Shown here: piece by piece, positions 11,192-23,461 of the stretch
Layout of the letters: every line of letters begins with the position of its first letter
How positions within the stretch are numbered: position 1 is the stretch's first letter
NCBI GenBank assembly: GCA_964016885.1
Contig: OZ024740.1
Span: 113,150,001-113,214,000 of the forward strand
Direction of reading: 5' to 3'
Length of the DNA: 64,000 bases
Origin: Eledone cirrhosa
Taxonomy: Eukaryota
Position numbers and translations under genes: made by a program
The notes under the pieces: model-generated
Told to the model about the DNA's origin: nothing
Databases searched by the model: none
What the model saw: the letters and a program-made list of their open reading frames with translations, nothing else

Positions 11192-14100
11192 ATGGCTGTA
11201 TTCAGGATCGGAAGTGTAAACGTGCGTGGCTTGAGATCGGATTGGAAACAGGGTCACTTGCTTAACGACCTCAGATCACTAAACATAGATGTGGTGGCCA
11301 TCAACGAGACCAGAATCTCCGAAACGCAAGCTTTCGCACCGATCTTCGACGGTTACGAGGTGTACGCATCTCCGTGCCGTCCTGGAGCGGGGGGCGCAGT
11401 GGTTGTGTTGGTCTGGAAAGGCTTGGGTCTCGCCATACGGACCATCTTCCAGGACCCAGAAGGTAAGTCGGTGTGCTGGACGTAAGCGGCACAGAAGGCA
11501 ATGCTTTCAGGCTAGTAGCCCTCTATGCCCCGACATGGGCAGGACGGCCAGATTTCTTCAGACGTCTAGAGACCTTTCTTGGAACGTCCCGCTCTTTAGT
11601 GTTAGTGGGCGACTGGAATTGTATCTTGGATGCATGCTGGGATTGTGTGGGGCCAGTGGGTAGGGGAGGAATGTGCAAGAGCCTCACCAACCTGCTCAGA
11701 CGCTTTGAACTGTCTGACAGGTATCGACTGGATCACCCGGATGTGCCAATGTGGACATGGACAAACCGCATCGGGTCATCCAGATCGTATCTCGATAGGG
11801 TATTCTGCAGAGAACTAGATAAGGGTAGCATAAGTTGTCGACAATTTAAAATAGTCGACAGACTTCATAGACAAGGGCCCGGTTACTAGCAGCTGAATGC
11901 GTCTTTCCCAGCGCGCAAAGCCTAGAGAAACCGGATTAGCGGATTAGTTAAGCGGGCGTTGACGGGAGCGGTCGTCAACAACAGGTGGTGGTTCGTCCTG
12001 AAAAGGGCAATTAAAGTAGAGTTGATTAGGTTTAGCAAAGGAGTAGTGATAGAGAAAAAATAGAGTAGAGGGAGAGCTAGTCAGAAAGCTAGAAGAGGCG
12101 TTTAGGACAGGCATCGCAACCGACATGTTTGCGGCGAGATTGGCACTCGATCAATTCTTCAACGCAAGACACGAAGGCTGCGTTGTCAGAGCTAGAACGC
12201 GTGCTCTGAAATACGAGGGGACAAAAGCCGTCCAATGAGCCCCGGTGGCAGAGGCGCGAAGTGGCAACAAAGCCACAATTCAGTCTTTGTCTGACCAAAA
12301 CGGGTGCGTGATGCTCGAATCCGAGCGGATGTGTGAAGCCTTTCAGCAACACTTTGCTGAACTGTTCGGGAGCAGCGGCGGAACGGATTGGGGAATGGAC
12401 TTCAGTGCATACCTCGACGGACTGCCTCGGCTCTCGACGACCGCAGTACAGTGTTGCAAAAAAACCAATAACAGCCGGTGAAATATGGGAAGCGATGGCT
12501 ACCTGCACGAGGGGTAAATCGCCAGGTTTGGATGGTCTGCCCTACGAGCTTTATGCATTTATGCCAGACTTGTTCGGTAACCTCTTGGCAGACGTCTACT
12601 GCAACTGGCAGCAGAACGGGAGCATTCCCAGTTTTGTGAGCCGGGGAGCGGTGGCGCTGCTGAGAAAAGACCCGAACAAGGGGATGCTATCGATAATTTC
12701 AGGCCCATAAATCTGCTAAACGCAGTGTTCAAGATTTTGGCCAAGGTGTTAGCAACGAGGTAGGCGCTTGTCGTCAAGGGTCTGGTGGGAAAGGCGCAGA
12801 CATGCGCCATTCCGGACAGATCCATACACGACAACCTCCACCTCATGCGATATATCATAGAGAGGGTGGTTAAGGAACCTGGCACGGGTGGAGCCCTGAT
12901 CAACTTGCATCAATCCAAAGCATTCGATAGGGTCGCTCATCGGTACCTGGCAGCGGTCATCGAGGCAGCCAGTTTCGGGCCCGTTTTCAGTGGATGGATC
13001 ACAGCGCTGTACAGCGACATCTGCTCAGTTGTGAGGGTGAACGGTCACCTGTCGCAGCCGTTCAGAATCATGCGCTCAGTTCGCTAGGGTTGTACCCTCT
13101 CGTCCCTCTTGTACGTATTGGCTCTCGAGCCGTTACTGCACAAACTGGGGGCGATGAGGGGCGTCCCACGCGAACTAGGATGCGGGAGATCCGAGTCGGC
13201 TTGCACCGACGACGTTACCGTTGTGGTGTCGAGCACCAGACACGTCCAGATTCTCGGCACCGTTCTCAAGGAATACGAAGCTGTGACAGGAGCAAAGATA
13301 AACCAGGAAAAGTCAGTGGGCTTGCAGCTCGGCAACTAGAGAGGCAAGTTCATGCCGTCCGACAGCGTCGTGGGGCCTTGGACGGATGGACCGCTTAAAT
13401 TGCTCGGGGTCTGGTTCGGACCGGATGGAGAAAAATGGAACGATGTGGCAAGGTGGCCTCCCTCACCCAGAAATGAGCCGAGAGGAAGCTGTCACCGAAA
13501 GGACAGGCCGAGGTGGCGAATGCGTACATCGAATCCGTCATCTGCTACCGCCTCACCGTCGTCCGTTGCTCCGGCCCAACTCTCACCAAAATGGAGCGCC
13601 TCCTCTTCCGCTTTTTGCGGAAGGGACGCGCTCCCATGGTCAGACGATCCATTTGCTGTCAACACCCGTTGCGTGGAAGACTGGGCATGCCATGGCTGAT
13701 GATCCGCAAACATGCACTGAGGCTGCGACATCTCTGGTACTTCCTTGACGGTGAACAGGTGTGGTCGCCGTTCGCCAGGCACGTTTTCCCACAGCTCGTC
13801 TCCTTGACGGGGCTGCAGTCCTGGCTCAGAAAAAGACCGAGGGATAGCGCTTGGAAACTGGAATGTCTCCAGGCGCTCACTGCCCTCTGCCAGCTGGGCA
13901 TCAGTATCGGGAGAACATCCACCTCGGCACATCCACCTCGGCGTTCTATAGAGAACTAGTGGAGGGGAAGAGCGACGACGTTCTCGGAGAGATACTGGGC
14001 GTCGAAGAAGATCAACTATTTGTTCTCTTCCGGAGAACTTTCAGCCCAGGTCTATGGATAACGTCCAAAAATCCCTGGCCTGGCAGTGCTACCGGGGAGC

Positions 14101-14565
14101 GCTGCCGGTTCGAGATAAGCTCTACAGGCATAGAAGTGCCGTCAGCCGAGCCTGTCCGAGATGCGCGCAGAGCGACGAAACCGTCGTGCACACACTCGTT
14201 CAGTGCCCGAGCATTGCTGACTTGTGGAGCCATGTCGAACAGTTGCTGTCGCGTGTAGAACTGATCTGGTTATCGACTGAGTCCATTGTGCAGATGGTCT
14301 CGCGGTCTTCCTTCGAGGAGGAAGGGCAGGCGATTTTCATCTGATGGCCATGGCGAAATAGATTGTGTGGTGGACAAGATTGAAAGGGTTAAAGACAGAC
14401 ACTTTCCTCTTCGGCGAATCCCTAATTAACTTTTTCAAGTTTCACTTGAAGAGGAAAATCAGGGTGGAGAGGCAAGTGCTGGCTTCTAGCAAGTTTGTTG
14501 AAAGGTGGGTGAATGTAGCGAGAATGGTCCGAGTGAGCGGGACCGCTCTGAATATACGTCTGTAG
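11192..14565 (+). pseudogene. Tx1 copy B ORF2 (EN-RT-CCHC) with multiple stops and frameshifts
   Basis: NVRGL, AINET, VGDWNC, KSPGLDGLPYE, HQSKAFDRVAH, ACTDD (YADD equivalent), CPRC...ETVVHTLVQC. Confidence 0.88.
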
Positions 14566-14878
14566 TTTGAGAAATGGAAAAATTGAGAGAGGGCGCTTGC
14601 CCTGGTGGTCAGGGTGGCCGTGGTGTTTTGTGTGGTTTTCGCCACGAGTAACCCTCGGAGGTTCTCCCCCCTATTGTGGGATTTTTTCATTGTTTCAATT
14701 TTCATTTTTATTGTTTATATATATATATTTCTATGTCCTTTTTTTCTTTTCTTACATAATAAAAATATTTACACGCACAAAACCCACATCGTACCGTCCT
14801 GTGCCATCTGTAATGTTTTTCTTGATGTCACCCCTTGTGGCCAATAAAGAAATCATCATTATTATTATTATTATTATT

Positions 14879-14948
14879 CTTTGAGTCTCAGTCATTGATG
14901 TTAGTTAACTGGAAAGTTTGTTGAAATGAATATCAAGCCACTACCTGA
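14879..14948 (-). mobile_element. R4/Dong-type 3' UTR stub
   Basis: Reverse complement of 2546-2613 with about 4 differences; (ATT)n on both sides. Confidence 0.8.
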
Positions 14949-14962
14949 TTATTATTATTATT

Positions 14963-17126
14963 ACAGCTGCATTTATCTTGCTTTATATTTATACGAGTTA
15001 TCACCAAATCACAACCAGTGACCTCAAGAGACAACAAGGTTCGCCATGTTCAAGAAAGAACATATATACACACACATGCATCTTTAGGTGTTTAGACTTG
15101 TGATGTACTTATATTGACAGAATCTTCCTTAGTATATGGGCAGTTCCCATTAGTACTACCTTTTGTATTTCTCCTATACGCGGGTTTCCTGGGATTTGCG
15201 ATAAGTAATCATTAGACCCCTTAGGTATCATTCCTAGAGCGCCTACAACCACTTGTATTGTTTTAGTTCTCAATTTCCACAATTTTCCAATTTCTATCTC
15301 CAGGTCCTTATACTTACTCAATTTTTCAAATGTTTTTATAGATACATTCTTGCCTATTGGAACGGACATATCATTTAGCAGGCATACCCTCTTTTTAAAG
15401 TCCTTCAATATTATATCAGGTCTATTTGCATCTATTTTTCGGTCTGTTTGGATGCTAAAGTTCCACAAGATTGAGATGTGATCTTTTTCAAGTATGGGAG
15501 GTGGTTGATGCTCCCACCAATTCTTTTGATGGGGCAGGTCAAAATGCTTACACATTATCCAATGTATGTATTGTGCAGCTCTGTTATGCCTGTTCAGGTA
15601 TTCGGTTGGGGCTATAGGACTGCACATTGAAATTATATGTTCAATGGTCTCTGGTTGTTTTTTTCATACACGGCATAATGGGCTGCATCCATTTTTTATT
15701 ATGTTGGCTTGGTAATTTTTTGTTGGCAGACACTGATCTTGTGCTGATATAATCAGGCCTTCAGTCTCCGATTTCAGTCCAGAGGATGCCAACCACTGAT
15801 GGGTTAAAGTTTTGTCAACATCAGGATTGTAAGCTCGTTCTGGGTATTTTCCATACAGAGGCTTTTCTTGCCATTTCTTAGCCAGTTTCTGTAGCAGTTC
15901 TTTCTTTGCAGTTACTTTTACCTGCTTTGCTTTTTCTGTGTTTTCCATTTCAGCAGTAAATGGGACTTCTGAAATTTGTAGTCCATTACTGTATCTTTGT
16001 GCATCTTTTGTAATGGAGTATGATCTTTTGATGCTTTCGTGTTTCAAAACGAGTTTGATCATCCAATCATGTGATTCCCTTAGATATGCCAATTGTTGCA
16101 GTTTTCAACGCAATGTCTAACTGGATTAACCCACGTCCTCCTTCTTTCCTAGGGAGATATATTCTATCTGTATCTGCCTTAGGGTGATGCATTCTGTGCA
16201 TGGTTTGGAATTTTCGAATTTTTGTATCGAGCCTACGGATCTCTGTGCTTGACCAGTTGATGACATTGTAACTATAGGTTACTACTGGTATGGCAAGCGT
16301 GTTTATGGCATCGATCCTATTCCTTGCATTCAATTCCGTTCTTAAGATTGCTCTTACTCTGCGGTAACATTCCTTCCTTATCCTTTCCCTGATTGTCGAG
16401 TGCTTGATTCCGTCTCCTTCACAAACAATATTTGTAAGTTTCCTCTTGATCAAGTTCTCTTATCACATTCCCACGATCAAGATTAATGTCTGAACTTTTC
16501 AGCAGCTTTCCTCTGGTGAACGTTGCTTTGGCGCATTTATCTAGTCCAAACTACATTTTAATGTCATCACTGAACTGCTCCACAGTGGATAATAGCCCTG
16601 CAATTGTTCATAATGTTTTGCAAATAGTTTCAGGTCATCCATGTAGAACAAGTGATTAATGGTTTTGTCATAGACTTTATATTCATGTTTTGTTTCATTG
16701 AGCATTTTACTTAATGGTATAAGTGCGAAGCAGAATAAAAGCGGTGATAAAGAGTCACCCTGAAAAATTCCACAATTAATATTAACTTCTCCAGCTTCCA
16801 GTGATTTTGTTTCACTATTCAAAAGGAGTGTCGTTTTCCATGTCTTCATACTGAATGACAAAAACCTCCTGACAACGGGAGATATTTTGAAAATCTCTAA
16901 ACATTTTTCAATCCAACTGTGAGGCAAACTATCGAATGCTTTTATATAATCTATCCAAGCAATTGATAGATTTTTGTGTCTATTATGACAATCTTCTAGT
17001 ATCATTTTGTTAACCAAAAGCTGATCCTTACAGCCATATGAGCCTCGTTTACACCCTTTCTGCTCAAAGGGAAATAGGTCATTTGTTATCAGGTGGTCAT
17101 ATGTATATTCAGTTAGGACTGATGTT
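14963..17126 (-). mobile_element. R4/Dong-type RLE LINE, 5'-truncated (RT + CCHC + restriction-like endonuclease)
   Basis: AWIDYIKAFDSLPH, GIFQGDSLSPLLF, HLFYMDDLKLF, LYLPRKEGGRGL-like motif, YLNRHN, RPDIILKD...DMSVP, KLSKYKDL; (AAT)n tail on the sense strand and (ATT)n at both ends. Confidence 0.92.
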
Positions 17127-17151
17127 TATTATTATTATTATTATTATTATT
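17127..17151. repeat. (ATT)n linker between the Dong-type and Tx1 elements
   Basis: Directly visible. Confidence 0.95.
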
Positions 17152-17366
17152 GGCGACCTACGTAGTAATTCGTATTATCGTGAGCTCCGCAAAGGTCTGT
17201 TATTTTCAGTTGTTTAAAATTGCCATTTATGGAAAATGTTTATGTTAACTGTAGATAAGTGCACATACATTGTTATCTGAAAAGGACACTCAAAAAGATT
17301 GGGGCCTTAAGCCCAAAATTTAAACTTTTATAATTATCAAACAAACAATTTTTCTTTGAAAAAATC

Positions 17367-19290
17367 ATGGACGACGCAGAGTCAAACCTTTCTCTCAAAC
17401 TAACACCTCACACCGACACCACCATTGTAAATATTACTACGTTTGCCAACACTAAAAATATAAGCAGTAGCAATATTTTAAATTTGTCTCAGGCAGACAT
17501 TCATTTCCCGCCATTACCAATGAGTGCAGATGTTGAAGCCGCCACCCCACCACCACCACAACGACAACAGAAACAAAAGTAAAAAATAAATTATCTCGTG
17601 ATATCGAAATGAATTCACCCAAAATGAACTTTTCCACACCGAACACCGCTGACGCCACCACCACCACAACTGAAACTAAAATTAATAACAAAAATAACGA
17701 TAACAACAACAGCAACAATGAAATTAAGAAAACCACACTGTCTTTTGCCAGAGTAGCAGAAAAGTGCGAAGCATTCCAGGTAACTCAGGAGGAATTAGAA
17801 GAAGCCAAAAGAATGGTAAAGAAAGATGGGTACAGGATCAGCCCCCCCACACACACACCTAATAAAATGGAGCATCGGCGCCTATGCACCGTGCCTTATC
17901 GGACGATTCACATAAAATCGCGCCGAGTGGAACGGGCATCCGAGACCCAAATCCAAAAAGCTTTCGGACATGTGTGCGCAAAAAAACCCACATCAGACGT
18001 GGGCAGAAATATGGAACCGTGGACGTGTTCTTTGAAACACCACAGGAGGCCAGAGAATACTCCATGGCCCCATTAAGAAGTGACGACTTCACACTCGTCC
18101 CAAGCTATTGTGGCCAGAGACACGTGAAGATCAGGGTGACCCACGTTCCACCGGCCATCGAAATTCCATGGCTAATGGCTGCCGTCCTCACCGGCATCGA
18201 GGCCAACACCAAGATAATCGAAATAGCGAAAGAAAAGCAGGAGAACTGGTCCGGATCTGGGATGGAGCTCCTGATCCAAGCGGACCAAAAAAGCATTGAG
18301 GAGATCCCAACGGTAATAGACCTCACTGACGGCAGCCACCTCACCGCAATCGTCGAGGGCAGAAGGCCTAGGTGTGCCGTTTGTGGTGAAGGAACCCACC
18401 TAAGGGCTTTCTGCTCTCACAGCTAAAAGGTTGAGGCCACCTCCCTTACCCACCCCAGTGACTAAACCGTCAACACTACCAGCAGCAGAAATGGCAGCAA
18501 CAACTGTAGCAGCAACAACAGAAGCAAATGTAACACAACAACCCCAGCAACAGTAGCAAAACCACCACCACCACCACCCAACGCGCCAGAACTAGCACCA
18601 GCGCCTACACCATCCACCACGCCACAACCAAAACAACGCCTCTGGAGGATTTTCCACTCCCCGACCTATGGCAACTGGGGACAGATTGTGACGACGAGGA
18701 GTGGGAAACGGTATCAGGTAAAAAGAAAAAAAGAAAAGGAAACCAAAAAAGAAAAAAAATCCCCTTCCTTCCCCCTCCAAAAACAAAATACAGAGGGAAA
18801 CAAATAAACTATCAAACAAAAAAGATAGGACAGATATGCCACGACCCACACCAGCATCGCCAACCCCATCACCACAAACACCAACACCATCACCATCATT
18901 AACCCCAACACCACCATCACCAACACCACAAAAGTCACCAAAAAGCGAAACAAACAAACCCACAACAAACGCAAACAATACAAAACAACCAAAACGATAC
19001 ACACTACACAACATTAAATTTGAACAACAACCAATTATTACACTAGATCCAACACAACACCAGCATCACAGAAAAAGACTACGTAACAACCCAAAAGTTC
19101 ACACCACCTCCGCACATACAAATCACTCGCATCACACAGAAAACGTACACGACACTAAAACAAAAATTCCCCAAAGACATCGGAGACTTCCGACAAGCAC
19201 TCTCCAGGAGGATTTATAAGGACATCCTTCCGGAGGGGGCCACAAGCAGTGAAAAGGATGGAGAAACCATCCTTCCTCTACGAGAAGTAA
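17367..19290 (+). pseudogene. Tx1 copy C ORF1, disrupted
   Basis: ORFs 17367-17582, 17609-18076, 17884-18426 and 18836-19219. Confidence 0.78.
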
Positions 19291-19328
19291 GGTAAGTATG
19301 TTTCCCATCTTTTCCACTCCATTTCAAC

Positions 19329-22300
19329 ATGACCTCACTCAGAATAGGCAGCATAAATGCGCGTGGCTTGGGGACGACATGGAAGCAGAGCCACCTACTC
19401 AATGACCTCAGGTCACTAAACATAGATGTAGTGGCCATCAGCGAGACCAGAATCTCCGAAGCACAGGCCTTCGCATCGATGTTCGGCGGCTACGATGTGT
19501 ACGCATCTCCCAGCCGTCCTTGATCGGGGGGAGGAGTTGCTGTGCTTTTTCGAAGAGGTTTGGATCTCGCCATACAGGCCATCTTCCTGGACCCAGAAGG
19601 TAAGTTGGTGGTGCTGGACGTGACCAACGGAGACGGGCAAGATTTCAGGCTAGTGGCCGTCTATGCCCCGACAGAAGCAGGGCGGCCTGATTTCTTCCGG
19701 CGTCTGGAGACCTTTCTTGGAACGTCCCGCACTTTAGTGTTAGTGGGCGACTGGAACGGGATCTTAGATGCACGCTTGGACTGTGTGGGATCAGCGGATA
19801 GGGGAGGAGGGTGCAAGAGCCTCACCAACCTGCTCAGGCGTTTTAAACTGTCTGACATGTACCGATTGGATTTCCCGAATGTGCCAATGTGGACTTGGAC
19901 AAATCGCATAGGGTCATCCAGATCATATCTAGATAGAGTATTTTGTAGGGAAATAGATAGGTCTAGCATAGGCTGTCCACATTTCAAGATAGTCTGCTAC
20001 ACGGACCACAAATTCGTGATCTGTGTGTTTGACTTAGATAAGCTTCATAGACGAGGACCCGGCTACTGGAAGCTAAACGCGTCCTTACCAGCGCACAAGG
20101 CCTACAGAGACCGGATTAGCTAACTAGTTAAGCGGGCGTTGACGGGTGCCATCGTCAACAAGTGGTGGCTTGCTCTGAAAAGAGCGATTAGAATAGAGTC
20201 CATTAGGTTTAGTAAGGCTTTAGCAATAGAGAAAAATAGAGCAGGGGGAGAACTAGTTAGAAAATTAGACGAGGCGCTTAGCAAAGGTATCACGACCGAC
20301 GTACTTGCGGCGAAATTGGCCCTTGACCAATTCTTCAATGCAAAGCACGAAGGCTGCGTTGTCAGAGCTAGGGTGCATGCTCTCAGACACGAGGGCAGGA
20401 AAGCCGTTCAATAGGCCGGAGTGGCGGAGGAGCGTCATGGCAACAAATCCACGATCCGGTCTTTGGTGGACCACGACGGGCGCATGCTACTCGATCCCGA
20501 GCAAATGTGTAAATCTTTTCAGCGACACTTCGCACAGCTGTTCGGGGGCAGCGGCGGGCCGGGTCGAGGTATGGACTTTAGTGTCTACCTCGACGGACTG
20601 CCGCGGCTCTCGGCCACTGAGGCGGATTTTTGCGAAAAGTTGGTAACAGCCGCTTAAGTACGGGAGGCAATGACTGGTTGCACAAGGGGTAAATCGCCTG
20701 GTTTGGATGGTCTGCCCTATGAATTTTACCTACATATGCCATACTTCTTCGGCGGCTTCTTGGCGGACGTCTACTGCAACTGGCAACAGAACGGGAGAAT
20801 TCCCAGCTCTGTGAGCCGAGGAGCTGTGGAGCTGCTGAGAAAAGATCCGAACAAGGGGGATAACATAGATAATTTCAGGCCCATAACTCTGCTAAACACA
20901 GAGTTCAAGATTTTGGCCAAGGTGCTAGCAAAGAGGTTGGCGCTTGTCGTTGGTCGTCTGGTGGGAGAGGCGCAGACATGCGCCATTCCCGACAGATCCA
21001 TCCACGACAACATCCACCTCATGCGATACATCGTAGAAAGGGTAGCTAGGGAACCTGGAACGGGTGGGTCCTTGATCAATTTAGATCAGTCGAAAGCTTT
21101 CGATTTTGTCGACCATCGTTACTTAGCGGCAGTCATGAAGGCGGCCGGCTTTGGGCCCGTCTTCAGAGGCTGGATCGCTGCCATGCACAGCGACATCTGC
21201 TCTGTGGTGAAAGTGAACAGTCACCTTTCAGAACGGTTCAACATCATGCGCTGGGTCCGCCAAGGATGTCCTCTCTCGTCCCTCTTATACGTATTGACTC
21301 TCGAGCCATTACTGGACCGGTTAAATTGCTAGAGGTCTGGTTCGGTCCGGAACTCCAGACGGACAAAAACTGGGATGAGGTGACGAGCAGGGTGGCTTCT
21401 CTCATTTACTACCGCCTGGCCGTTGTATGTTGTGATAAGCCCCGCCTGACTGCGCTGGAGCGTTTGCTCTTTCGCTTTTTGTGGAAGGGACGCGTTCCGA
21501 TGGTCAGACGGTCCATCTGCTGTCAACACCCGCTACGTGGAGGGCTGGGCATGCCGTGGCTGATGATGCGCAGACACGCGCTCAGGCTACGACATCTCCA
21601 CCTCTTCCTCGACGTTGATCAGGTGTGGTCGCCGTTTGCTAGACGCGTCTTTCCCCAGCTCGTCTCCTTGACAGAGCTGCAGTCCTGGGTCAAGCGAAGA
21701 CCGAGAGGGAGCGCTTGGAGACTGGAATGTCTTCAGGCGCTCACAGCCCTCGACCAATCGGGCAATGTGATCGTTGGAGACTCAACCTTGGCGTTCTATA
21801 GAGGATTAGTGGAGGGGAAGAGCGACGACGTACTTGGAGAAACTCTATGCGTCGACGAAAATCAACTAGCCAATCTCTTCGGAAGAACTTTCGGGCCGGA
21901 GCCTATGGACAACTTCCAGAAATCCCTGGCCTGGCAGTGCTACCGAGGAGATTTGTCAGTTCGGGAAAACTCTACAGGCATGGAGGTGCCGTCAGCCGGG
22001 CATGTCCGAGATGAGCACAGGGCGACGAAACCGTCCTGCACGCACTTGTCCTGTGTCTGAGCATTGCTGACCAGTGGGTTTATGTCGAACACCCGCTGTC
22101 ACGTGTAGGACGGACCCAGCTATCAGCTGAGTCCATCGTGAGGATTGCCCCGCCCTCTTCTTTTAGCCGGGAAGGGCAGGAAGTTTTTATCTGTCTGGTG
22201 GCCATGGCGAAAGAGATAGTATGGTGTACACGTTTGAAAGGGCTGAAGACAAGTACTTACCTCTACGGTGATGCTCTGATTAACCTTTTCAAATTTCATT

Positions 22301-22419
22301 TGAAAAGGAAAATCAGGGTAGAGAGGGAAGTTCTCTCTTTCCAGCATTTTGTTGAAAGATGGGTGAGAGAAGCAAGTATGGGCCGAGTGAATGGGCCTAC
22401 TCTGAGTATGTGTTTGTAA
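19329..22419 (+). pseudogene. Tx1 copy C ORF2, disrupted
   Basis: EN 19329-20123, RT 20670-21310, C-terminal 21266-22419; YADD segment missing. Confidence 0.87.
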
Positions 22420-22696
22420 ATTAAAGGCGGAAAACTGGGAGAGAGCACTTGCCCTAGTGGTCAGGGTCACTGTGGCCTTTTAATTGGCTTTCTCCACAAA
22501 CGTCCCTCGGAAGTCTCCCCCCCCCCCCCTATTGGGGAATTTTTCATTGTTTGTTTTTGTTACATCCACTGTTTATGTTTTTTTACACGCAGAAATGCCC
22601 ATTTGTACCGTCCTGTATTGTCCCGTACTGTTGTCCTTAATATCTACTTTATGTAAACCCTTGTGGTTAATAAAGAAAGCATTATTATTCTCCTTC

Positions 22697-22880
22697 GGCG
22701 GTGGATTGGCAGTATCGGTAGAGGGTCGGACGCCATGCTTTCCAGCATAGGTACGTCCCTTTACGATCTGAGTTCAAATCCCGCCGAGGTTGACTTTGCC
22801 TTTCATCCTTACGGGGTCGATAAAATAAAGTACCAGTAATGCACTGGGTAATTGCTGGCCTTGTGCCTAAAGTAGAAACA
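22697..22880 (+). mobile_element. Full-length tRNA-derived SINE (family 1, Meta-domain-like core) with 16-bp TSD
   Basis: A box TGGCAGTATCGG, B box GAGTTCAAATCC, core GCCTTTCATCCTTACGGGGTCGATAAAATAAAGTACC; TSD ATTATTATTCTCCTTC at 22681-22696 and 22881-22896. Confidence 0.92.
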
Positions 22881-22908
22881 ATTATTATTCTCCTTCTTCT
22901 TCTTATTA

Positions 22909-22986
22909 TTAGTAGTAGTAGTAGTAGTGGTAGTAGTAGTAGTAGTAGTAGTAGTAGTTCTTGTAGTAGTAGTAGTAGTAGTAGTA
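22909..22986. repeat. (AGT)n microsatellite
   Basis: Directly visible. Confidence 0.9.
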
Positions 22987-23125
22987 CCCTCATTATTAAT
23001 CTTTTAAAATACATCGTAGGGGAAATGAAGATGAAGATAAGTTGCTCACTCGCACTACTTTGGCAGAGCGCGCATTAACATACACACACACACAAACACA
23101 CACACATATATACAAATATATATAT

Positions 23126-23174
<49 letters not shown>

Positions 23175-23205
23175 TGTACACACACACAAACACACACACA
23201 TATAT

Positions 23206-23247
<42 letters not shown>

Positions 23248-23249
<2 letters not shown>

Positions 23250-23461
23250 ACGATCGACTTTCGTCAAATCGGACTGAGGGAACAATGTTTCCGTTGGTCT
23301 TTCCAATTGCTAATACTATCTATCGGTCGCAACTCCAGGTAGAAGGAGCAACGTGAAATAAAGTGTCTTGCTCAAGGACATAACGCATCGCCTGGTCCAG
23401 GAATCGAACTCACAACCTTACGATTGCGAATCCAATTCTCTAACCACTCAGCCACACGCCT
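23248..23461 (-). mobile_element. tRNA-derived SINE (family 2, CORE-like), flanked by (AT)n
   Basis: Minus strand TGGCTGAGTGG A box, GTTCGATTCC B box, GTCCTTGAGCAAGACACTT core; same tail as 55735-55915. Confidence 0.8.

Larger units (their letters stand above)
8850..14856 (+). mobile_element. Tx1/L1-type LINE, copy B (apparently full length, decayed)
   Basis: (ATT)n on both sides; ORF1 knuckle CFRCGSKTHLRAFC; ORF2 starts MAVFRIGSVNVRGL; EN, RT and C-terminal Zn motifs; 3' end CTTGTGGCCAATAAAGAAATC. Confidence 0.93.
17152..22680 (+). mobile_element. Tx1/L1-type LINE, copy C (both ends present, internal RT deletions)
   Basis: ORF1 CAVCGEGTHLRAFC; ORF2 MTSLRIGSINARGL, VGDWNG, YTDHK, RQGCPLS; 3' end CTTGTGGTTAATAAAGAAAGC + ATT. 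Confidence 0.93.

Noticed and set aside
22697-22785. tRNA gene (A and B boxes)
   Set aside because: Box spacing and downstream core/tail are repeated in more than 10 dispersed copies and no cloverleaf forms; it is a SINE head.
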